A stretch of DNA of 64,000 nucleotides from Neovahlkampfia damariscottae (taxonomy: Eukaryota), in assembly GCA_016618085.1 (NCBI GenBank), contig JABLTG010000101.1, positions 1 through 64,000 on the forward strand. The letters are read 5' to 3'. Made by a program: the position numbers and the translations under genes. This document shows, piece after piece, positions 51,701 to 61,596 of this stretch. The notes beneath the pieces are model-generated. The model had not been told where the DNA came from. It did not search any database and saw nothing but the letters and a program-made list of their open reading frames with translations. Each line of letters starts with the position of its first letter. Within the stretch, counting starts at the first letter, position 1.

Positions 51701-52810
51701 TCACCAATCAAAATTTTTACTTTTTGTTTCTTTTTTTGTTTCAAATGAAAAATCATTAGATTCAAAAACTTTCTTTTCCTTTTTTTCTGTTTTAGTTTTT
51801 TTTATCATTTCTTTAAAGTCTTCATTTATTTCCTCTTTTTTTAATTCTTGTTTCTCTTCCACTATTTCTTCTTCTTCTTCTTCATCTTTGACTTTTTGAA
51901 GTGTTTTTCTTTTCATTGATTCAGTTTTTTCATTTTTACTGATTTTCAAAGAATCTAACATTGTCAATTGAGATATTTCAGATACAATAGTATATCTATA
52001 AATTTGATTTTCAAATTCATCTTTTGGACAAACAGGATTTGATAAAAGAGATAATGAGTTCAATTCATTCAATTTCTTTAAATTCGATATTAATTTATCC
52101 AAATTTGAAATTTGATTGTTATTTAACCATAAGGTATTTAACTTTTTCAAATTTGAGATTCCATCAAGATTTCTAATTCTATTATGATCTAATACGAGAC
52201 TAACTAATTTTGTAAATTTTTCAACATTTTCTATTTTGCTGATTTTTTTTTGAATTTTTTTTTGGTTTTCTTACGTGATTTGATTGAAACTTAAGTCAAT
52301 AGATTCAACAACATTTCCTAATTTCAATTGATAAATACTTGGTATTTGTGTTAAATTTTTTCCAACAATTTGTAAATTATTTCCTCCATTTGTTGTAAAA
52401 ATTGGAATTTTTTCTGATAAAAAAAGTTTTTCAGTGAGAGAATGAATCTCTTTCTTGTATTTTTTTTCATTTTCTTCAAAAATTTTTAAAGAATTTTGTA
52501 AATTTTCAATTTCTTTTGTTAATTTTTCAAGTTCCGCTAATTCTTCTGGTGTTTTTTCAATTTTATTTTCAATAATTTCTAAAGGTTCTATTGAAGGTGT
52601 TAAATCATCAGGATTGATTGAATTCAAAATTTCTTGATCTTTCATTTCTTCTTGTGAAAGTTCTATTTTTTTTTCTTCTTTTTTTTCTTTGTTTCTTTTT
52701 TTGTTCAAAGATAATTCCCAAAAATCATCTTCAACTTCAGTAATTTTGGCATTTTCTTTCTTTTCAATTTTTATGTCGTTCCAAGTTGAATCATCAAAAA
52801 AATCATCCAT
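51701..52810 (-). CDS. Leucine-rich repeat protein (2 exons)
   Basis: IDLSFNQI, LVLDHNRI, LWLNNNQI, LSLLSNPVC and LRRcap-like YRYTIV..LTMLDS. Confidence 0.85.
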
Positions 52811-53027
52811 TTTCTGATAACTTTTGGAAGCTTTGATGAAAACTATTGGATAAAAACAGCTTCTAACTTTATCACATTTTGTAAAATTTAATTTTCTTTT
52901 TTTACGGCTAATGAATTGATGGTTATTGTGATAAAAGTGGCCAATTAGATTTAATTTTGCCAGTTATTTTTACAATTTTTATTTGAAGTTGTTCAAGTTG
53001 AACAAAAAAGACCTTTTGTTCAACTAG

Positions 53028-53474
53028 AAAATACTGAAAAAGATCTCAAATGATGAAATTTTGATTTCAAAATTTCCAGTCAAAGGAATGATTAAAAAAT
53101 GGGAAAGAAAAATTCATAGTACAACAGTGAGAAAAATGCTTCATTGGTCTCATTTTCAATTTCGTCAAACATTAAAACATCTTGCTCAAAAAGATTCTGT
53201 TCAAGTACATGAAGTTTCAGAACATTATACCAGTTGTACATGTGGATCATGTGGAAAAATAGATTGGAAACTTGGAAAAAAAGATCATTTCAATTGTAAA
53301 TATTGTAATTTTTCTCTTCCAAGAGATTATAATGGAGCAAGAAATATATTTCTGATGAATATACAAATTTTATTGGAAATCCAAAAACTGCCAGTACTGC
53401 TGGCGACGGTCCTATCCCGAAAGAAACCTTGATTAATCAGAATGAACAGAAAAGTCAGTTTTAAGATAGCGGAC
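53028..53474 (+). mobile_element. 5'-truncated Fanzor2/TnpB remnant with putative omegaRNA region
   Basis: RKMLHWSHFQFRQTL, VSEHYTSCTCGSCG, CKYC, RDYNGARNI. No RuvC-I or N-terminal domains. GC-richer hairpins at 53390-53474. Confidence 0.85.
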
Positions 53475-53661
53475 AACATTTTGTGGATAAAAATAGTATG
53501 ATGTATGGATAAATGGTTGAATAAAAATAGCAAGATTAACTCTATATAATTATTTATTTGTCACTTACCTTCTCATCCAATATGATAGATTGTGGCTATA
53601 TTTAATGTAGCTCTAAATTTATATTTCTTTTCTTCATTAATTGGTTTATTTTTTTTCAAAC

Positions 53662-55271
53662 ATGAAAGAAGTATTCAACGCAAATTTTGAAAAATCAACT
53701 GATGAAACAAAACATTTGTACCTTACCAACATTTCAAATTTGATAAACTTGAAAGAAATACTCCAAGACCTGAATGTTGTTGAATTTGTGGACAAAAAGA
53801 ATTTTTTATATTTATCATTTGAGTCTGTTGAGGATTCTAAAAAAGCAAAAGAATTTTTGAAGAAACCAAATGAAAAACTAGAAAACAGAAACCTAATTGT
53901 TGAATTTTCAAAACCAAAATTGAAAAAAGAAAAAAAATTGAATATTGAGTGCACCAGCAAAACAGAATATCTTAAAATTCCAGGACTAACAATTATTGAA
54001 AATTTCATTACAAAAGATCAAGAAGAAGCTTTGATAAATGAAATTGACTCAAAAAAATGGTCAACAAACATCAAAAGAAGAGTACAACATTTTGGATATG
54101 AATTTAACTATTTGAACAATAATATTGATGTTACGAATAAAATTGGTGATTTACCATCCTATTGTAATGATTTTTACTTCAAAGATAGAGTTGATCAGTT
54201 GACAATAAATGAATATGAGCCTGGTATTGGAATTAAGCCTCATATAGATACTCACTCAGCATTTGAAGATGGTTTGCACATTATCTCTTTGGAATCTGAT
54301 ATTGTGATGTTATTCCAGAAAGAAGATGTCCATAAGAATGTAATAATACCAAGAAGATCTTTGTTAATCATGGAGAAAGAATGCAGGTATGCTTGGAGGC
54401 ATTGCATTTGGTATCGCAAACAAGATGTAATAAATGGAAAACTTGTGAACAGAAAACGTCGAATATCATTGACATTTCGTAAAGTAAGAGGTCATCCTTG
54501 CACATGTGAATTTCCAGAGTATTGTGATTCTCAGGAAGATTTTAATCCAACAGAAATCGAGAAGAAAAATGTCCATGATGTTTATGATGAAATTGCAAGA
54601 CATTGGGATCATACAAGACATACTCCATGGAAATATGTCCAAGAATTTTTATCTCAATTGCCGAAAAATAGTTTCATTGCAGATGTAGGATGTGGAAATG
54701 GAAAATATTTTAATTTGATAAACAAGAATTCATATATCATTGGAATTGATAGATCTGAGAATTTGATTGAAATATGTAATGAAAAATATCCAAATGTAGA
54801 ATCGTTTGTATCAGATGCCTCCATTCTACCTTTCAGAAATGATATATTTGATGTTTCTATTTCCATTGCTGTTTTGCATCATATCTCAACATTAGAAAGT
54901 AGATTGAATATCATCAGTGAGTTAATCAGAATAACAAAACCAAATGGAAAGGTACAAATTTCTTTCATTTGATTTTTCTTTAGATTTTAGTAAATTTTTA
55001 CACATCCATTAAACAAAAGTTATGTGCTTGGTCTTTGGAACAAGATGATGAAAAATCTATTCATAAATTCAATACACAAGATAATTTAGTTCAATGGAAA
55101 TTACAAAAACAATATTCCAAAGATGGAAAAGATAAAGTTCTCTATCGTTATTGTCATGTTTATAAAGAAGGTGAAATTGAAGGATTATTCAAAAAATTTG
55201 AAAATATAAAAATTGAAAAATCATTTCAAGAGCATGGTAATTGGTATATCTTGGTAAAAAAAATCAAATAG
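53662..55271 (+). CDS. ALKBH8: ALKBH8 (RRM, AlkB dioxygenase and Trm9 methyltransferase), tRNA wobble-U modifier
   Basis: RRVQHFGYEF, HIDTH, RISLTFR, CTCEFPEYCD, DVGCGNGKY, IAVLHH, and a 6-nt exon at 54984-54989. Confidence 0.95.
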
Positions 55272-55308
55272 TCATTTTGAAAATGATTGGATAATTAAAA
55301 AATCTTCA

Positions 55309-56360
55309 TTAATCTTCAAGATCAATAGTTATTTCAAACCCTGTTTTCTCTTCTTCAACCACTTTTTCTTCTTCTTTTCTTTTTCTCTTTTTTGTTAATT
55401 TTTCTGAATTTGGTGTATGATAAGATTCAAAAAAATTAAAAATTGAATCAACAGCAACTAAATTGACTTTACAAGACATTTTTGTTCCACCAGATACATT
55501 TTGTGTTTTTGGATTATAAATGACAACTTCTTTGTCTAATTCGTCATCTGATGGAATCCAATGTCGACAATTTTTCAACAAATATTCTTTTGTCTTCTTA
55601 TGATCAACTGTAAAAGAAATTGAATCAACAAGAGCAATTGCAGTGATTTGTTTTTCAAAAATTTTTTTTCTTTCGTTCATTAAATTTACAATCCATCTAC
55701 CAGCAAAACCATGTCCCTTATTAAATATTTAAATATTTAAATCGTATTACCCTTTATAAAATTATTACATTTATTGTTCCACTTACCAAAGGAATTTATA
55801 TTTAGCAGGTGATTTTGAAATGAAATGATCAAAAACATGAGTCAAATGCTCTTCTGGTGTATTACTTTCAATCCCAGGTTCATTTGGGTTCAAGATTAAA
55901 ATTGAGAAATCTTTTGAAACTGCTTTTGCAATTTGTTGTAATAAACTACCTGCTCTCAATGAATGAGAAGCACATTTTGATTTGCTCCTTTAAAACAAAA
56001 TTAAAAAAAAGAATATGAAACAATACCCTTTGAATTTTGTTAAAAACAATGAAATGTTGTACATTGACCTGGTTCCATCTCTCCTTTTGATGGAATAAAT
56101 ACAACTAACTTTTCTGTATTAGTTGTGAAGTTTGTTGACATCAAAATATATGTTCTATTTTCTTCTTTTGACATAAAAGGTATGTGAACTTTTTTCATTC
56201 CAAGTTTTTTCGTTAATTTTTTTTGAACATGTTCAATAATGAATTTTTGAATGATATCAGCTTCTTCTTTGTTTTCTAAAACATTTTTTGGAATTGTTTT
56301 TCCATTTTCTTTATAAACTAAAATACCACGATTTGTGAATGTGTATTCTTCTTCGTCCAT
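55309..56360 (-). CDS. FAM172A: FAM172A/ARB2A Arb2-domain protein, 302 aa, modelled with two 1-nt exons
   Basis: PGQW...ILILNPNE, TPEEHL..VFDHFI, WGHGFAG, ITAIALVDS. Exons 56360-56063, 56027, 55987-55787, 55751 and 55716-55309. Confidence 0.82.
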
Positions 56361-56414
56361 TTTTAAATGTAACAAATTTGGGTGTGCAATTTGATTGGAA
56401 GAAAAAAAAAAGTT

Positions 56415-58349
56415 ATGAAGTTGAGAGGATTCGAAGGTGTGAAACTTAATCGCATTTCTTTGAATAAAAAAGTTCTAAAAGAGTTAAAATTAAATATTTT
56501 TGATAAAATTATCATAAAATCTAATCAGAATAACTTTATTTTGGAGGTGATAAATATTCATGAGGAGAATTTCAGTTTGGTCAACAAAGAAGTTGCAAAT
56601 TTTTTTGACATTGAAAGAGAATATGAAGTTTTGGCATTCCAAGAAGACAAAAAAATTGCTATTTTACAAATTCATATTTTGAACTCAAAGAAACTTCAAA
56701 GAATAGAAACTTTTTTTGGAAAGTCGATTTTTGAACAAAAGAATGAAAATTGGTTAATTAATATCATAAAAAGAAAGATTTTATTTCATTCATTCACAAA
56801 AAATTCACTTTCCGTTCAAAAAATAGTTGGCGAATTTTTTGTGTTAAAAATCATGAATGAAGTCAATGGAATTGTGGATAAAAATACAAAAATCGAAATA
56901 GTGAACCAAAAGGAAGAAAATCAAAAGAAAATCCAAAAACTTGGTGGAACTGAAAAACAAGAAAAAATATTAAAGGAATTATTAGATTCAAAATTTGAAT
57001 TACAATTTAAAGAAGCATCAAAGAGTTGTTTGGTTTATGGAGCATCTGGAAATGGAAAAACTGAGTTCGTAAATCAAATATGTTCTGATTATCAACACAA
57101 ATATGAAATTCAAATCATCAGATTATCAACAGATCAAACTCAAATCAGAAATTTAATTTCTGGAATTGAAGACAATAACAAAATTATTTTCATCATTGAC
57201 AATTTTGAAATACATCAAGAAGATTCTATTCATTTAATTTATGGCATTTTAGACATTGTCAAGAACTCAAATTCATTTGTCATTGGTATTTGTGAAAACA
57301 TTGATAATGTTGACTCTATTTTCAGATCAAGTGGTAATTTTGAATACGAAATTTATTTTCCAATACCAAATGTGAATCAAAGAAAAGAAATTCTTCAAAT
57401 ATACTTTCCAAAAATCAAAGAAAACATGATTGAAAAATTGTCAAATTTCACATCAGGTTATGTCGGAAAAGATTTGGATAGATTGTCAAAATATTCAAAA
57501 TTAATATGCAAAGAGGAAGAAAATTTAAATTGGGATATTTTTACGTCCATTTTGAGATCAATTCAACCAAATCAATTGAAAGATTTCGGAACAAAAATTA
57601 CTAACGTTTCATTTGACGAAATTGGTGGATACGAAAAAATAAAAAAAAAAGTTAAACAGATTTTAATGATGCCATTCGATGATAATATCAAGAAATTCAA
57701 CATGCCAACATCATCTGGAATATTACTTCATGGACCTTCAGGAAATGGTAAATCACTCATTTCAAAAGCTATAGCGTCACTTGGAAAAATGAATTATATT
57801 CATTTTAAAGCACCAGAACTATTTTCAAAGTATTATGGTGAAACTGAAAAAATCATTCGTGAAATCTTCACAAAGGCAAGAGAATTAGAGCCTTGTGTTC
57901 TTGTTTTTGATGAAATTGATTCTATTGGTTCATCAAGAGGTAGTGGTGATTCTGATAGTGGCACTTCCAGTCGAGTATTAACTCAATTATTAACAGAAAT
58001 GGATGGCATTCAAGAAAAGAAACAAATTATTCTGGTTGGATGCACAAATCAAATAGATTCTATGGATGAGGCATTACTAAGACCTGGAAGACTTGATCAA
58101 TTGATGTATGTTGATTATCCTGATGAAAATGATAGAAGAGCAATTTTTGATTTATTAAAAAAAAGAATGCCATTTGATGAAAATGTAGATTTTGAGTTTT
58201 TGATAAAAAATTCAGAAAATTTATCATGTTCAAAAATTGTTAGTATCTGCAATGAAGCAGCAATTGCTTCACTGCGAGAAGATATCAATAACAAAACAAT
58301 CCAACAATCACATTTTTCTTTGAAATCAAAATTTGATTTTAATTTTTGA
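56415..58349 (+). CDS. CDC48-family double-AAA ATPase (AFG2/SPATA5-like), D1 degenerate
   Basis: D1 GASGNGKT/IIDNFE. D2 GPSGNGKS, VFDEID, LLTEMDG, ALLRPGRLD. Confidence 0.85.
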   Translation: MKLRGFEGVKLNRISLNKKVLKELKLNIFDKIIIKSNQNNFILEVINIHEENFSLVNKEVANFFDIEREYEVLAFQEDKKIAILQIHILNSKKLQRIETFFGKSIFEQKNENWLINIIKRKILFHSFTKNSLSVQKIVGEFFVLKIMNEVNGIVDKNTKIEIVNQKEENQKKIQKLGGTEKQEKILKELLDSKFELQFKEASKSCLVYGASGNGKTEFVNQICSDYQHKYEIQIIRLSTDQTQIRNLISGIEDNNKIIFIIDNFEIHQEDSIHLIYGILDIVKNSNSFVIGICENIDNVDSIFRSSGNFEYEIYFPIPNVNQRKEILQIYFPKIKENMIEKLSNFTSGYVGKDLDRLSKYSKLICKEEENLNWDIFTSILRSIQPNQLKDFGTKITNVSFDEIGGYEKIKKKVKQILMMPFDDNIKKFNMPTSSGILLHGPSGNGKSLISKAIASLGKMNYIHFKAPELFSKYYGETEKIIREIFTKARELEPCVLVFDEIDSIGSSRGSGDSDSGTSSRVLTQLLTEMDGIQEKKQIILVGCTNQIDSMDEALLRPGRLDQLMYVDYPDENDRRAIFDLLKKRMPFDENVDFEFLIKNSENLSCSKIVSICNEAAIASLREDINNKTIQQSHFSLKSKFDFNF

Positions 58350-58494
58350 ACATAATTTTACACAAGCTTAAATTTGGCTTAGTTATGAACAAATTGTTTT
58401 TTTTTCAATTTTTTTTATTATTTGGGATGGATGCAAATCATTGGTCAATTGTTACGCGCGAAAAATGAACGTAAGCACAGTGAAGAAGAAAAAA

Positions 58495-58689
58495 ATGACA
58501 AAACCAGAGAATATAACGGTAGAAGAATATATGAAGTCTCAATGTGAAATCGAGGTGAGATATTATTCAACAAAATCTAATTATTACCTTTAGAAAGAAA
58601 AATTGCGAGAACATGTTTCAAAGTTAATACAAAGCCTTCAACAAGAAGGTGAAGAGAGAAAAAGAGAACTAAAAGAGTTTATGAACTAA
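58495..58689 (+). CDS. Small coiled-coil protein (2 exons)
   Basis: MTKPENITVEEYMKSQCEIE|KEKLREHVSKLIQSLQQEG...* across a GT-AG intron. Confidence 0.45.
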
Positions 58690-58845
58690 CCAAAACCTTG
58701 AATAAACTATTTGTATTTTTTAAAAACTGATATTCTTGCAACAAGAAGGTGAACTCTTAAATTTTTCCAAAGAAAACTTTATGAGTGAAAATCTTCAAAA
58801 ACTCAATTTTGAGGTTCCTTTTTCATTGGTGGAAATTATTGAGTG

Positions 58846-61050
58846 ATGAACAACGAAAACTCATACCTGATTTTAGGTTTCCCTCTAGCTAAATTTAATA
58901 AAGAGTCTCAAGTAACATGGAACCCTTCAAATAAAGAATTAGTTGAAATAAATGAAAATAATGTCAAAATCACTTCAGTTTTCCATAAAAACCAAAAACC
59001 AATTGAACACAAGTAAAAAAAAAACAAATTAACAAAACCAAAGATTTAAAGAAAATGATAATATGATAAAAGCAACTTTAAGTCCAAGTAAAAACTATTT
59101 AGTCGCAGCTCCTTCCACGTTAGACTGTTTGAAGTTCTATCATTTTAAATCAGAAATACAATTTGGTTATAAAACAAAAGATAAAAATACAAAAATCCTT
59201 GGGTTTTTCTGGTTAACTGATCAAAGTATTATCGTTATAACAACAGGTTCTGTTGAGATTTATAAAGTAAAAAAAAAAAAAAATTAACCATGCAAATTAG
59301 TTGAAACTAACAAAATTAATTCAACATAAAATATACCCTTTGAATATAAATTTCATTGTTTATTCTGTAAAACTAAAAAAAAAAATTCACTTTTTTTTTT
59401 TTAGAATGATAATAGGGTGTTGTTGACAAGTCAAGAAATTTCAAACAATATGATTCCTTATAAAATTGTTGATAATACTTTAATAAAGTTGAATAAGCTT
59501 CCAATTTTAGACACAAACATCGAAAAAAAAGAAATCAAATTAATGAGCATGTAACCAACAAACCAACAAAAAAACTTATCATTTTTAAAGGTTCAATCAA
59601 TGTTATTGTTTTCATATGGCTCATTCAAAACAAGAATTAAACATCTATCGTTTAATTAAAGACACATTCATAAAAGAAAATTCTTTTAATTTATACACAA
59701 TGGGTACCCTTGATATTAGTGTTGTAGATTCATTAATATTTGTTCATAACTTAACCACAAAGGTATTCAAAAACTTTTTTTCTTTTTAATTTTTTTCATT
59801 AGTTAACAATGGTGTATGATCCATTATTGAAATTTGAAAATCCTTTGACTTATCCGATTTCAATTTCACCTTATAAACCTTATTCACAATCAAAAGAAGA
59901 TGATGAAGAAGAAAAAGAACCTGAATCCGTTGAACTTTGTAAATCATATTTTTGAATTTTTAACATTTTTTTTGAGATAATGATTATTGGCAATTCATTA
60001 AACCAAATTTAGTTTTAGATAAAAAATCAGGATATTTATTTGAATTATTTGTCATTATTAATGAACTTCCTTTAAAAACGATAAAAAAGATCAAAGATTC
60101 TGAATTAGAAATTATCAAATTTTTATCAAGAAGAGAAAATAGTAAATTGACTTTAGTGGATGCAGTTAAACAATATTGTGTTGAATCATCATTAAAAAAA
60201 CTTTCTTTAATCTTCAAATTGCTGACAAGATTTTATTATCAACACTTATTTTTACAGTAAATACTAATACCTTTGAATTTCTAAATTTTTCAGACAAAAT
60301 GAAATGTCAAATGATTGGAATGTTATACAAGTGACACCTAGATCAAAATCAACAGATTTTGGTATTTCAAGTGAAACAATCACTCCACTTCCATCAACTA
60401 ATGAAGATGATGCTAAACCACCAACTGGAACATTCATACAATTAAAAGATGAATTTTCTGATGAAATATATACCAATATCATTTTATCAAATGGATTTGC
60501 ATGGATTGATCAATTAGATTTCTATAGAAATATTTTATTACATCTTGACAAAAAAATCTCCCAAAGAAAATTGATTTCTATTTTAATTGAATATATTAGA
60601 TCACTAAACTCTTTTAAAATCAAAGTTAAAGATTTTCTTCAATTATTTTTAATTGAGTTATTGGTACAATCAAATCAATTAACAACATTACATGAATATA
60701 TTCAATATAAAGTTTTGACGGATAGTGAAAAAGTTGCATTGACAATTTTATCATTAGAAGAGAAATATAAACCTGCATTTCAAATGAGTTTAGATATGTT
60801 ATCAAGATTAGGTGCTCATCAACTTATTTGTGATGTTTTATTGGCCAGAAATAAAATACCACATGCATTAGCTGTCATGTATAACAATCAATTAACATCT
60901 ATTTCACCAAAAATTATATTTGAAAATACTTTAAATGATGATTTTCTATTCTTCAATGCATTCGAAATTTTCAAAAAATTGAACCCAAAATATTTCAGTG
61001 ATCCGGAATGTGAAAAGTACATTGCCATTTATAAAGAAAAATTTGAATAA
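58846..61050 (+). CDS. RMC1: RMC1/C18orf8 (Mic1 domain) Mon1-Ccz1 regulator (multi-exon)
   Basis: ILGFFW, VVDSLIFVHN, and C-terminal IEYIRSL...QYKVLTDS...AFQMSLDMLSRL. Confidence 0.85.
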
Positions 61051-61137
61051 AAATATTTTTATTTTTTTTTTACAATTTTCAATTTTACTGGTAATTTCTT
61101 CAATGAATTCATTTCTGTTGAAGTATTTGGTTCTTTT

Positions 61138-61548
61138 TTAAAATTCAATTCTATTTCCTGTCCATTCTAAACCTTTTGTTTTTTTTAATTTTTTTCTTTT
61201 TGAAAAATGTTCTCTTTTGTCTTTTACTTTTTTTCCATCTTTCATGATCTCTTCTTTTAATAATGCTTTTTTTGAATTTCCAATTTGTGTGAAATTAGTT
61301 CTTGTTCCTTTCCAACCTTTTTTTAAAAGTTCATTTTCATGTACATCTTTTTTTATTCTTAATTTCCAAGATGGATGAATAGTTTTCTTTGGATTGACTT
61401 TACAACAGATATTTCTTTTGATACATTCTTCTTCAACAATTTCTTCGATTGTTTTTTCTCCAGAAGAAGTTTTTTTTTCGTCTTTCTCTTCTGCAGATGT
61501 TTGAAGAAATATACTTCCACTGTTTAATCTGACTTGTTTTATTTTCAT
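61138..61548 (-). CDS. Basic hypothetical protein
   Basis: Lys-rich ORF with HPSW motif. The start is uncertain. Confidence 0.45.
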   Translation of the reverse strand: MKIKQVRLNSGSIFLQTSAEEKDEKKTSSGEKTIEEIVEEECIKRNICCKVNPKKTIHPSWKLRIKKDVHENELLKKGWKGTRTNFTQIGNSKKALLKEEIMKDGKKVKDKREHFSKRKKLKKTKGLEWTGNRIEF

Positions 61549-61596
61549 GCAGATACTGATGTATTTAATTGGTGGAAATATTTCAGCCAATCATCA

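Noticed and set aside
53028..55271. Functional coupling of the Fanzor remnant with ALKBH8
   Set aside because: ALKBH8 is a complete standard orthologue with its own start, and adjacency is expected in so compact a genome.
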